Positions 33,933-43,581 of a stretch of DNA of 64,000 nt are shown here, in pieces. Location: contig JAZDCY010000016.1 in assembly GCA_036679645.1 (NCBI GenBank), positions 37,377 through 101,376 of the forward strand. Direction: 5' to 3'. How positions within the stretch are numbered: the first letter of the stretch is position 1; each line of letters begins with the position of its first letter. The position numbers and the translations under genes are program-made. This DNA is from Gemmatimonadota bacterium. GTDB taxonomy: Bacteria; Gemmatimonadota; Gemmatimonadetes; Gemmatimonadales; GWC2-71-9. The notes under the pieces are model-generated. The model saw only the letters and a list, made by a program, of their open reading frames with translations, searched no databases and was not told the DNA's origin.

Positions 33933-35774
33933 GTGCGGCGCTTCGGGCGCCTCCTGACGTATCTGCGGCCCTATCGCCGGGCGCTCACGGTGAGCGCCGG
34001 CGCAGCGGTCGTCGCGTCGGCGCTGGACGGATTCTCGTTCACGCTCCTCATCCCGTTTCTGCGGCTGCTCTTCGGAGAGGGGACCGCGCTGGCGGCAACA
34101 CCGACCGCGGTCGAGCGGGTTCAGGATGCCCTCGCCGGACCGCTGTTGGACGGTGCCTCCCGCGGGACCGCGCTGGCGGTCGTCATGGTCCTGATTGTGG
34201 GCGCGCTGCTGCTCAAGAATGCGGCCGTGTATGTGGCGCGGTACCTCGCGGTCGCCACGCAAGAGCGCGTGGCGCGCGATCTCCGAGTTGCGCTCTTCGA
34301 TCACCTCCTGCGACTGGGTCTTCCGTACTTCCAGCGAGCGAAGGGTGGCCAACTCATGGCCCGTGCGCTCAGCGATGCCGATCAGACGCGCCAGGCGGTT
34401 GGTGCGGCGCTGATCGCCCTTCTGCGGAATGGTGCGGCGGTCGTTATCTACATCGCCCTGCTGGTGGCACTGTCCTGGCGCTTGACGCTCGTCACACTCG
34501 TGCTCGCCCCGGCACTCGCGCTGTGCCTCCGCCCGGTGCTCAGCGGTGTGAGACGGTTGGTGGTGCGCGCGACGGAGGCGCGGGGGGGCATGGCGGCGAT
34601 TCTCCACGAGACGGTTCGCGGTATACGCATAGTGAAGGCCCACGGTGCCGAGGCGGACGAGCGCCGTCGGTTTCGCGAGGCGGCGGATGGCCAGGTTACG
34701 GCCGTGCTTCGCGCGCAGCGACTCGCCGTCCTCGCCAGCCCGTTGAGCGAAGCCCTCGGTGCGCTCGTCATCGGTGCGCTCCTTCTCGTGGGTGTTCAGG
34801 CGGCGGGCTTGGGTGCGCTGCGTGCCGAGGTGTTCGTGACATTCGTAGCACTCTCGTTGCGCCTGCTCTCGCCGGTGAAGGCGTTGAGCCAGTTCCCGGC
34901 GCTCGCGGCAGAAGCAGTGGCCGGGGCAGACAGAATCTTCGAGGTGCTCGACGTGCCGCCCGACGATAGCGATGATCCCGGCGCCCGCACCTTCAATGGG
35001 ACGCACGATGAGATCGCTTTTCGCGACGTCTGGGTGGGTTACGAACCCGGACGCTGGGCGATCCAGGCGGTCGACCTCCGGGTGCGGCGCGGAGAGATCG
35101 TGGCGATCGTGGGGCCCTCGGGTGCCGGCAAATCGACGCTCGTCGATCTCCTCGCCCGGTTCGTAGATCCCCAACGCGGTGCGGTTACCATCGACAACGT
35201 CCCGCTCACGGACTACAGCCGAACGTCGCTCAGGCGATCGCTTGGGTTCGTGAGTCAGGAGACGATCCTCTTCAACGATACGGTGCGCGCGAACATCGCC
35301 TACGGCAGTGACGCCGGTGCCGGGCTCGACCGGGTTCAGGACGCGGCACGCGCCGCCAATGCGCACGATTTCATATGTGCGCTACCCGACGGATACGATA
35401 CGCTGGTCGGCGAGCGGGGTACGCGGCTATCGGGCGGCGAACGCCAGCGTCTCGCCATCGCACGTGCGCTGCTGCACGACCCGCCCATTCTCATTCTTGA
35501 CGAAGCCACATCAGCGCTCGACACCGCGTCGGAACAGTCGGTCCGCTCGGCGATCGAATGCCTCATGCGCGACCGGACCGTGTTCGTGATCGCGCACCGA
35601 CTGTCGACCCTGCGGCATGCCGACCGGATCGTCGTGCTAAACGAGGGGCGGGTCGTCGAGTCGGGATCCCACGACGACCTGCTTCAGCGTGGCGGGTGGT
35701 ACGAGACGTCGTGGGGTCAGGACCCGGTCAGGCGGTTTCCTCGGCAGGACCATCCTGCACCCGCACGGCGCTGA
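33933..35774 (+). CDS. ABC transporter, fused permease/ATPase (MsbA-like)
   Basis: TM domain, GPSGAGKST, LSGGERQR, ILILDEATSALD. Confidence 0.93.
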   Translation: MRRFGRLLTYLRPYRRALTVSAGAAVVASALDGFSFTLLIPFLRLLFGEGTALAATPTAVERVQDALAGPLLDGASRGTALAVVMVLIVGALLLKNAAVYVARYLAVATQERVARDLRVALFDHLLRLGLPYFQRAKGGQLMARALSDADQTRQAVGAALIALLRNGAAVVIYIALLVALSWRLTLVTLVLAPALALCLRPVLSGVRRLVVRATEARGGMAAILHETVRGIRIVKAHGAEADERRRFREAADGQVTAVLRAQRLAVLASPLSEALGALVIGALLLVGVQAAGLGALRAEVFVTFVALSLRLLSPVKALSQFPALAAEAVAGADRIFEVLDVPPDDSDDPGARTFNGTHDEIAFRDVWVGYEPGRWAIQAVDLRVRRGEIVAIVGPSGAGKSTLVDLLARFVDPQRGAVTIDNVPLTDYSRTSLRRSLGFVSQETILFNDTVRANIAYGSDAGAGLDRVQDAARAANAHDFICALPDGYDTLVGERGTRLSGGERQRLAIARALLHDPPILILDEATSALDTASEQSVRSAIECLMRDRTVFVIAHRLSTLRHADRIVVLNEGRVVESGSHDDLLQRGGWYETSWGQDPVRRFPRQDHPAPARR

Positions 35775-36807
35775 TCGCACGGGTCGGGCACTGCGCGACA
35801 CACACCCCGTCGATCGCCGACCAGCGAGGTTCAGGGTCCGTCACTACCGCCTTCCCCTCGTCGTCCAGCTCGAACAGGCCCGGCGGGCCGATGGAGACGC
35901 AGGCTCTGCACCCGACGCAACGATCCCGATCGATCGTGACACGGTACCGGTGCCGTGGATAGATGCCGACCGAGCCGGGCACCGGAATACCGCCCTCTTC
36001 GTCGAACGGTTCGTTCGCGGCCGCGTATCCGGCGCGCAGCAGGTCAGCGTTGTGGTCGAACGAGAGCAGATGGACGTCCCACACTTTGGGCCGCACGAGT
36101 ACCAGCGGAGGGTGCGACCAGGAGCGCAGCGCCGTCTCGTCCATTCGCTGGACGGCGATCTCGATCGCGCGCGCATACACCGCTGCGAACCCGGATTTCT
36201 GGACCATTGCCCCGTCGTGGTACCGCGCGCCGATGTCGACGGCGAACACCATGTCGCGATCCGCTCGCGCACAGGGATGGACTGGGAGATTGGCGGCGGC
36301 GGCGCCATCGATGAAATAGCTATCCCCAATCCGGTGCGGCGCGATGACGCCGGGAAGGGCACAGGATGCGAGAACCGCTTCGGCCACCGGCAGATTGCGC
36401 AGACCGGGTTGGCCCCAAAACACCTGCGTGCCGGTGTTGATGTCTACGGTGTTGACGAGCAGCGGACGCTCGAGCTCCTCGAATGTCAGGTCGCCCAGGA
36501 GCCCCTTGATGAAATGGGCCAACGGCTCGGTGCGATAGAGCGCGGGGGCCCGCATGCGCCGCAGGGCCATGTCACCGTGCGCGACCTGGAAGAGGTCCCG
36601 TCGTCGGAGCCCGAGCGCGAGTTCCTTGATGCCGGCGACGGACATGCCGGCGCACCACGATGCCGCAATGAGCGCTCCGACGCTCGAGCCGACCACGTCC
36701 TGCGGCAGGAAGCCACGCTCCTCGAGCGCCTCGAGCACGCCGATATGCGCGAGCCCGCGCATGCCGCCGCCGCCGAGCACTAGAGTGTAGTTACGCACGT
36801 CGTTCAT
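35728..36807 (-). CDS. Patatin-like phospholipase fused to a C-terminal ferredoxin domain
   Basis: GGGGMRG, GSSVG, IDG patatin motifs; C-terminal IDRDRCVGCRAC...CVAQCPTRAI. Confidence 0.88.
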   Translation of the reverse strand: MNDVRNYTLVLGGGGMRGLAHIGVLEALEERGFLPQDVVGSSVGALIAASWCAGMSVAGIKELALGLRRRDLFQVAHGDMALRRMRAPALYRTEPLAHFIKGLLGDLTFEELERPLLVNTVDINTGTQVFWGQPGLRNLPVAEAVLASCALPGVIAPHRIGDSYFIDGAAAANLPVHPCARADRDMVFAVDIGARYHDGAMVQKSGFAAVYARAIEIAVQRMDETALRSWSHPPLVLVRPKVWDVHLLSFDHNADLLRAGYAAANEPFDEEGGIPVPGSVGIYPRHRYRVTIDRDRCVGCRACVSIGPPGLFELDDEGKAVVTDPEPRWSAIDGVCVAQCPTRAISAVRVQDGPAEETA

Positions 36808-36896
36808 CGAACCGTACGGCTCCGTACGTGACGGTGCGCAGCCCCGCCGCACGCGTTATACCTTTGTACGAGCATGTCGACTACGGAGAAAGGGCC

Positions 36897-37352
36897 GTGA
36901 GCACGTGCGCGTTCTGCGCTGTCGTGCAGGGCCATGCACCGGGGAGCATCGTCTACGAGGACGACGCCTTGCTCGCGTTCCTGGATCTGTATCCGGTGAA
37001 TCGGGGCCACACGCTGGTGGTACCGAAAGCACACATAGCGGACCTGTCCGACTGCCCCACAGACCTCGCGGCCCGGCTCTTCGGCCTCAGCGTGCGGTTG
37101 GCCCCTGCCGTGGTCGCGGCTACTGGTGCGGAGGGATTCAATGTATGGACCGCCAATGGACGCGTGGCGGGCCAGACCGTATTTCATCTGCACCTGCACA
37201 TTCTCCCACGCTTTGCGGACGACACTTTTGGACTCCGGTTTCCCGAGGACTACCCGCGCAAGGTCGCCCGCGCCGACCTCAACGCATTGGCGCAGCAAAT
37301 CAAGCTGACCGTGGAAACAGGATCGAGTGGGTCTTCTTGCCACGGCGGATGA
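36897..37352 (+). CDS. HIT family hydrolase
   Basis: CAFC, GHTLVVPKAH, GQTVFHLHLHILPR. Confidence 0.93.
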   Translation: MSTCAFCAVVQGHAPGSIVYEDDALLAFLDLYPVNRGHTLVVPKAHIADLSDCPTDLAARLFGLSVRLAPAVVAATGAEGFNVWTANGRVAGQTVFHLHLHILPRFADDTFGLRFPEDYPRKVARADLNALAQQIKLTVETGSSGSSCHGG

Positions 37353-38565
37353 AGTAGTAGCCACCTGCGAGCGGCGCCGGCGCCGACGCGCCCAGATCGG
37401 TCCACCGTTCGCCGTTGATCGAGATGCCAGCCTGCTGCACCTGCCGGCGAGCCTCACTCTTTGACGGCACGACGCCGGACGCAGCAATCAACTCGACGAT
37501 CGGCGTGTCCTCGCCCATGCCGGGTTCCAGCGGACGGCTCGGAATCTCCGCGGCGAGCATGCGCCACGTATCGGCGGATGCGTCACGGGGCATCAACTCA
37601 CCGAAGAGCACCCGCGATGCCTCCGCCACGCTGTCGGCGATGGCGTCACCGTGCGTCCTGCGTGTGAGATCCTCGGCGAGCGCCCGGTGCGGAATGCGCG
37701 CTCCCGGCTCGCGCGCGTGCTGTGCAAGGAGATCGGCGACCGCCTCGCGCGAGTGAAATGTGAACATGCGCACGTAGCGGTCTACGTCACGGTCGTCGGT
37801 GTTGATCCAGAACTGGTAGAAGGCGTAGGGTGATGTCATCTCGGCGTCGAGCCACACCGTGCGTCCTTCCGTCTTGCCGAATTTCGCACCGGACGATGTG
37901 GTGATGAGTGGCGCGGCAATCCCATGGGCGTCGCCGCCATCGACTCGCCGAATGAGTTCGATGCCCGCTGTGATGTTGCCCCACTGATCGCTGCCGCCCA
38001 TCTGCAGTTCGCACTGATGGCGACGATGGAGCTGCAGATAGTCGTATGCCTGGAGCAACATGTAGCTGAACTCGGTGAAGGAAATACCGCTCTCGAGACG
38101 GCTCTTCACCGATTCCTTCTGCAGCATGTATGACAGCGTGAAGTGTTTGCCGATATCCCGGAGAAATTCCACGAGGTTGAGAGGGATGAGCCAGTCGGCG
38201 TTGTCGATCATCAGCGCATCCGACTGCCCGTCGCCAAACGTGAGGAACCGCTCAAACTGCCTGTGTTGTCGTGCGGTGTTCTCGGCGATTGTCGCGTCAT
38301 CGAGTAACGGCCGCTCCGTGCTCTTGCCGCTTGGATCGCCGATGCGGCCTGTCCCGCCGCCGAGCACCACGATGGGTTTCCCGCCTGCGCGTTGGAGATG
38401 CGCCAGCAGCATCACCGGGACCAGGTTGCCGACCTGGAGGCTGCGCGCGGTCGGGTCGAACCCCACGTAGGCCGAGACCGGCCCCCGCGACAGGCGCGAC
38501 GCGAGATCGGGCGTCTGGTCGTACAACAGGCCCCGCCAAGTGAGCTCTGAGAGAAACGTTTTCAC
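37300..38565 (-). CDS. tyrS: Tyrosine--tRNA ligase
   Basis: YVGFDPTARSLQVGNL, GDPSGK, QMGGSDQWGNI, KFGKT, C-terminal S4 domain; start uncertain. Confidence 0.97.
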   Translation of the reverse strand: MKTFLSELTWRGLLYDQTPDLASRLSRGPVSAYVGFDPTARSLQVGNLVPVMLLAHLQRAGGKPIVVLGGGTGRIGDPSGKSTERPLLDDATIAENTARQHRQFERFLTFGDGQSDALMIDNADWLIPLNLVEFLRDIGKHFTLSYMLQKESVKSRLESGISFTEFSYMLLQAYDYLQLHRRHQCELQMGGSDQWGNITAGIELIRRVDGGDAHGIAAPLITTSSGAKFGKTEGRTVWLDAEMTSPYAFYQFWINTDDRDVDRYVRMFTFHSREAVADLLAQHAREPGARIPHRALAEDLTRRTHGDAIADSVAEASRVLFGELMPRDASADTWRMLAAEIPSRPLEPGMGEDTPIVELIAASGVVPSKSEARRQVQQAGISINGERWTDLGASAPAPLAGGYYFIRRGKKTHSILFPRSA

Positions 38566-38654
38566 GGGTGTGGGGTCATCTGATGAAGTGGGCGAAGGTA
38601 CGATGGGCGATACCCCATGGCAAGCGAGTCGGGCGGTCAATAACTTCCCTAGCT

Positions 38655-40814
38655 ATGACACTTGTACGCCGGATTTTCCAGGCCATACAGCGCGTGTGGC
38701 ACTCGCCACCAGCACGACGTGGCGTCGGGCTCAGCGCACTGGCGTTCGTCGGCCTCGGCACGGGTGTCAGTCTGGGTTCGTGGACCCGTGCCTGTGCCGG
38801 TGGGAACTGCCCGTCCATTGCTGAGTTCGAGGAGTTCCGACCGAGCCAGGCGCTGAAGATATACGCCGCCGACGGACGGCTGATTACCGAACTGGGGACC
38901 GAGCGACGCACAGTCCTTGCACTGTCGGACCTCCCGCCGACGATTCCGGCCGCCTTCCTCGCAGTCGAGGACAAACGGTTTTACGAACACCACGGGATCG
39001 ACTACCTGCGGTTCTTCGGTGCGCTCAAGGCCGTGGTGATGGCGTTCGATTGGGTGCAGGGGTTCTCGACCATCACCATGCAGCTCGCTCGCAACGTATT
39101 CCCAGAGAAATTGCCCAGTACCAAGACCATCCAGCGTAAGCTACGAGAGGTGCAGGTCGCGCTCGAGCTCGAGCGCACCTACTCCAAGGACAAGATCCTC
39201 GAACTCTATCTGAACCAGGTCTACCTCGGTGGCTCTGCATATGGCGTCGAGGCCGGAGCGCACCGCTACTTCGGCAAATCGGCGCTAGAGCTGAATGTCG
39301 CGGAAGCTGCCATGCTCGCCGCCGTCGTCAACCGACCCGGGCGTTACGACCCGCGGCGTCATCCCGACCGTGCGCTTCCCCGCCGCAATTTGGTGATCAA
39401 CCTCATGCGCGATGAGGAATACCTCACCCCCGACGAGGCCGAGTCGTGGAAGGCGTATCCGGTCATCCTCAGTTCCCGACAGGATTTCGGCGACGTCGCG
39501 CCGTACTTCGTGGAGTGGGTGCGGCAGCAGGTCTACGCACGGTTCGGGCGCGCAATCTACGAGCGAGGCTATCGGGTCTACACGACCCTCGACCTGGATA
39601 TGCAGATCGCCGCGGAGCGCGCGCTCGGCAACCAGCTCGAGGCGATCGAGAACGAGGTATATGGTCCATACGACCACGTGACCTACGCGGGGTACAGCGA
39701 CACGGTCGCGGTCCCGCGCAGCCTGTCCGTCACGCCCTACCTGCAGGGCTCGCTCGTGGCGGTCGAGGCAAGTACCGGATACGTGCGTGCCATGGTCGGC
39801 GGACGGGACTTCTCCCACTCGAAGTTCAATCGCGCGACGCAAGCCCAGCGACAGGCGGGATCTACGTTCAAGCCGTTCGTCTACTCTGCGGCCATCCGTG
39901 CGGGCGTTCCGCTCAGCCACATCATCGATGACGCGCCGATCACGGAGATTCTGCTGGGCGATTCCTTGCCCTGGGAGCCGCAGAACTACGAGGGCGACTT
40001 CCGGGGGCCGATGACGTTGCGCGAGGGGATTAGACGGTCGCGCAATCTGGTCGCGATTCGGTTGGGTGAGGAGATCGGCGTGCAGCCGGTGCGCGGCGAG
40101 GCCCTCCGGTTCGGCCTCTCCACCCGGGTTCCGTCGTACCCGTCAATGTTCATCGGCTCCGCATCGGTGATCCCGATCGAGATGGTTTCGGCGTACACCG
40201 CGTTCGCCAATCGCGGCGTGCGGTCGGCGCCGGTCGGTGTACGGAGGGTCGAGGACGAAGAGGGGAACATCGTATGGGAGCCGCAGATCCGGCAGGACAG
40301 GGTCATGGAACTGCCGCATGCCTGGCTCATGACCAGCCTGCTCCAGGACGTCGTCAACCGCGGCACGGCCTATACCGCCGTGCGTAATACCGGCCGTTTC
40401 CTGCTGCCCGCCGGTGGCAAGACCGGCACGACCAATGACGGCACCGACGTCTGGTTTATCGGATTCACACCGGAACTCGTGGCCAGCGTATGGATCGGCC
40501 TCGATCGACCGCAGCGGATCAAGGCGCGGTCCGCGGGCGGACGACTCGCCGCCCCGGCCTGGGTGGCGTTCATGAAGGAGATCTACGAGCGGCGGCCCGC
40601 CCCCGAGCCATGGGAACGGCCGGACGGACTCACCAACGTGGCCATCGATAACGTCACCGGATACCGATGGACCGCGTTCTGCCCCACGCAGGTGCGGCAG
40701 TTTGAATGGTTCCTGCCCGGTACCGAGCCCACCGAATTCTGCCCCGTGCACAATCCGCTGATCAGTCGGGGACCCGCCCACCGGGATCATGTTGCGGTGA
40801 GCGGTGCGCGGTGA
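38655..40814 (+). CDS. Class A penicillin-binding protein (PBP1A family)
   Basis: EDKRFYEHHG, GFSTITMQLARN, RKLRE, GSTFK (SxxK), SRN, GKTGT. Confidence 0.95.
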   Translation: MTLVRRIFQAIQRVWHSPPARRGVGLSALAFVGLGTGVSLGSWTRACAGGNCPSIAEFEEFRPSQALKIYAADGRLITELGTERRTVLALSDLPPTIPAAFLAVEDKRFYEHHGIDYLRFFGALKAVVMAFDWVQGFSTITMQLARNVFPEKLPSTKTIQRKLREVQVALELERTYSKDKILELYLNQVYLGGSAYGVEAGAHRYFGKSALELNVAEAAMLAAVVNRPGRYDPRRHPDRALPRRNLVINLMRDEEYLTPDEAESWKAYPVILSSRQDFGDVAPYFVEWVRQQVYARFGRAIYERGYRVYTTLDLDMQIAAERALGNQLEAIENEVYGPYDHVTYAGYSDTVAVPRSLSVTPYLQGSLVAVEASTGYVRAMVGGRDFSHSKFNRATQAQRQAGSTFKPFVYSAAIRAGVPLSHIIDDAPITEILLGDSLPWEPQNYEGDFRGPMTLREGIRRSRNLVAIRLGEEIGVQPVRGEALRFGLSTRVPSYPSMFIGSASVIPIEMVSAYTAFANRGVRSAPVGVRRVEDEEGNIVWEPQIRQDRVMELPHAWLMTSLLQDVVNRGTAYTAVRNTGRFLLPAGGKTGTTNDGTDVWFIGFTPELVASVWIGLDRPQRIKARSAGGRLAAPAWVAFMKEIYERRPAPEPWERPDGLTNVAIDNVTGYRWTAFCPTQVRQFEWFLPGTEPTEFCPVHNPLISRGPAHRDHVAVSGAR

Positions 40815-40849
40815 TCAGGAAATGGCCGCTCATTGCTTACTGTTCACGC

Positions 40850-41812
40850 TCAGTCAATGAACAGCGGAAACACCGGGAACTGCAGCGGGTCGTCGAGCAA
40901 CAGCTGAATGCGGCCGACATCCGGCGTCACCAGGTAGATCGCGTGGCGGTTGGGGCCCGTTCCCGGCTCGGCGCCGATCACGATTGACTCGCCGCTCGGC
41001 GAGAAAGCGTAGGTCGAGGAGAAACCCAACAGCACTGCTGGGCGCTCGTCGCTTACCGGAGCCATGATCGCACGGTACCGCTCGTCGAGAAATCGATTCG
41101 GGTTGTCGGGATCGGCAAGGCCGGCCATGATCGTGTCCGGCCCGTTCTGTCCCGCCCGGAGGAACCCAATCAGCAGCCCCTCGTCGGTCCAGCGGGGCCA
41201 TCCAAACAGTGGCCGGTTGAGGATGCGGGAAAACCCGAACCGGTCAGTGAACGAGCGGGCTCGGTCGGTCAGAAACAGGACCTTGATGAAAACGGAGAGA
41301 GGCGTCACCGTGATGAGCGCTATGCGCTCGTTGTCGGGGCTCATGATCGGTGGCAGCGCGGGATCTGCGTCACCGTACGCGAGCGAATCCAGCGACTTGT
41401 TGGCGCGGTCATAGAGCAACACGACCCGCTCGGGCGCATACGAGACCAGCGCCACGAACCGCTCATCATTCGAGAACGCCGCGAGGGAATGCGAGGTGGG
41501 CATCGGACGGATGATCGTGTCGAGACGATTGGGTGTGTTGAGCCCCACCAGGACGAGGGCGTCGCTCGATGGCGTGAGCGCCGCTACGATTCGTTCCCTT
41601 GGACCAGCGCCAATCGGCAGCAACCCGTCCGGGATCGACGATGCCGTCACGCGCCCGTCGGTCGACAACAGGAGGTTCGCGCCCGTATTCTGCTGGTGGA
41701 CGAGAATCGTCCGCGACCGCTCCGGCTCCGGCTCCGGCGGGAGGTCGTCCCCACAGGCGACGAGGCCCACGAGGAGCACTCCTGGTAGCGCAGATCTGTA
41801 TTGAGCCATCAT
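40850..41812 (-). CDS. Hypothetical lipoprotein with beta-propeller-like repeats
   Basis: LVA-C lipobox; AFSNDE, MSPDNE and AFSPSG (PD40/TolB-like) motifs. Confidence 0.7.
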   Translation of the reverse strand: MMAQYRSALPGVLLVGLVACGDDLPPEPEPERSRTILVHQQNTGANLLLSTDGRVTASSIPDGLLPIGAGPRERIVAALTPSSDALVLVGLNTPNRLDTIIRPMPTSHSLAAFSNDERFVALVSYAPERVVLLYDRANKSLDSLAYGDADPALPPIMSPDNERIALITVTPLSVFIKVLFLTDRARSFTDRFGFSRILNRPLFGWPRWTDEGLLIGFLRAGQNGPDTIMAGLADPDNPNRFLDERYRAIMAPVSDERPAVLLGFSSTYAFSPSGESIVIGAEPGTGPNRHAIYLVTPDVGRIQLLLDDPLQFPVFPLFID

Positions 41813-41851
41813 CGAGTAGACTAGAGGACCCCCAAGAACGCGTCAACTGAC

Positions 41852-42307
41852 ATGAAAGCCCAGCGACAGGCTGCGATTCTCGACCTCACCCGCCGGGAGC
41901 GCGTAGGGAGCCAGGATCATCTCCGCGCTCTTCTCGCGCAGCGTGGGTTCGAGGTCACCCAGGCGACCCTGTCGCGTGATCTGCGCGAACTGGGCCTGGC
42001 AAAGGTGTCGGGCCCCGGTGGTGGCAGTTACTACGCCGCAGCCACCACATCCGATCCACCACACCCCAGCCTGACCCAGCTAGCGGCGGCGCTGCTGCTC
42101 TCCGCCGAGGGGGTCGGCGCGCTGCTCGTGGTGCGCACACCGGCCGGAAGTGCCAACGCGCTAGCGCACGGGATCGACCGGCAAGCATGGCCCGAACTCG
42201 TCGGCACGATAGCCGGTGACGACACGATTCTCCTGATTGCCCGGAGCGAGCGGGCCCGGCGCGCGCTGGCCGCGCGGTTGGCTAGGCTGATCCAATCCGG
42301 GGGTTGA
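41852..42307 (+). CDS. argR: Arginine repressor
   Basis: SQDHL, VTQATLSRDLRELG, GTIAGDDTILL. Confidence 0.96.
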   Translation: MKAQRQAAILDLTRRERVGSQDHLRALLAQRGFEVTQATLSRDLRELGLAKVSGPGGGSYYAAATTSDPPHPSLTQLAAALLLSAEGVGALLVVRTPAGSANALAHGIDRQAWPELVGTIAGDDTILLIARSERARRALAARLARLIQSGG

Positions 42308-42356
42308 CGTGCCTCGCGGGTGCATTATTATGCATTCACGCGCATATAAATACAGA
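42304..42356 (+). promoter_or_regulatory. Putative argG promoter with tandem ARG boxes
   Basis: TTGACG (42304) and TATTAT (42326), 16-bp spacer; boxes ggTGCATTATTATGCAtt (42319-42336) and cgCGCATATAAATACAga (42339-42356), 2 bp apart. Confidence 0.75.
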
Positions 42357-42363
42357 GCCAGCC

Positions 42364-43581
42364 ATGCCTCCCACCTTCGTTCTCTCCTTCTCCGGCGGAC
42401 TCGACACGTCCGCCATCGTCCCGTGGCTCCGTGAGCATTACGGGGCTCAGGTGCTCTGCTATACGGCCGATGTTGGGCAGGGGGACTTGGCGGGTCTGGA
42501 GGAGCGTGCTGCGCACGCCGGGGCGGTTGGCTGCGTGGTCGAAGATCTGCGGGAGCGGTTCATCTCTGAGTTCGTGTTCCCGACACTGCGCGCGGGTGCG
42601 GTGTACTCGCGCACCTACCTGCTGGGGACGGCGATGGCCCGACCGCTCATCGCCGCGGGTCAGGTGGCGGCGGCGCGCGACGCCGGCGCCACCGCGCTGG
42701 TCCACGGGTGTACCGGCAAGGGCAACGACCAGGTCCGGTTCGAGCTCACCTATCAGGCACTCGCGCCCGATCTGGATGTGATCGCGCCCTGGCGGTGCTG
42801 GTCGTTCAAGGGACGCCAGGATCTGATCGACTATGTGCTCAGCCGCGGAATTGCCATCGACGCGAGTGCGGAAAAGGCCATCAGCCGGGATCGCAACCTC
42901 TGGCACTGTTCCCATGAGGGTGGGCCGCTCGAGGATCCGGCGGTTCCGCCGCCCTCCTGGATATTCCAGGCCACCGCAGACCCCGCGGAGGCCCCGGACC
43001 GTGCCGAAGAGGTCTCAATAGAGTTCGACCAGGGTGTACCGGTTGCGGTGGATGCGGTCCCGCTCGGACCGGTGGGGCTGGTCGAACACCTGAACGGCCT
43101 CGCCGGTAGTCACGGCGTTGGCCGAGCCGACGTGGTGGAGGACCGACTGGTCGGAATGAAGAGCCGCGGTATCTACGAGACGCCGGCCGGGACTTTGCTG
43201 CGGGTGGCGCACCGCGAGCTCGAGCAACTCGTGCTTGACCGCCGCACGCTGGCGCTCAAGGACGCGCTCGCCGGAGCCTACGCGGATCTCGTGTACGAAG
43301 GACGCTGGTGGACCGCCGAACGCGAGGCGCTGGACGCCTTCGTGGAGGTCACACAGCGTCCCGTTACCGGGCGGGTACGGATGCGGTTGTTGAAGGGCAC
43401 GGCAACCGTGATCGCACGGGAGAGCCCGCACTCGTTGCACTCCATGGAGCTCGCCACCTTCGAGGCCGACGAGGTCTACGATCAGACGGACGCCGCGGGG
43501 TTCATCAAGCTGTTCGGGCTTCCTCTGCGCGTCGAGACCCAGACGCGTTCGCGAACCGCGTCACCAGTCGAGGTCGGATGA
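42364..43581 (+). CDS. argG: Argininosuccinate synthase
   Basis: SFSGGLDTS, YLLGTAMARP, HGCTGKGNDQVRF, MKSRGIYETP. Confidence 0.98.
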   Translation: MPPTFVLSFSGGLDTSAIVPWLREHYGAQVLCYTADVGQGDLAGLEERAAHAGAVGCVVEDLRERFISEFVFPTLRAGAVYSRTYLLGTAMARPLIAAGQVAAARDAGATALVHGCTGKGNDQVRFELTYQALAPDLDVIAPWRCWSFKGRQDLIDYVLSRGIAIDASAEKAISRDRNLWHCSHEGGPLEDPAVPPPSWIFQATADPAEAPDRAEEVSIEFDQGVPVAVDAVPLGPVGLVEHLNGLAGSHGVGRADVVEDRLVGMKSRGIYETPAGTLLRVAHRELEQLVLDRRTLALKDALAGAYADLVYEGRWWTAEREALDAFVEVTQRPVTGRVRMRLLKGTATVIARESPHSLHSMELATFEADEVYDQTDAAGFIKLFGLPLRVETQTRSRTASPVEVG

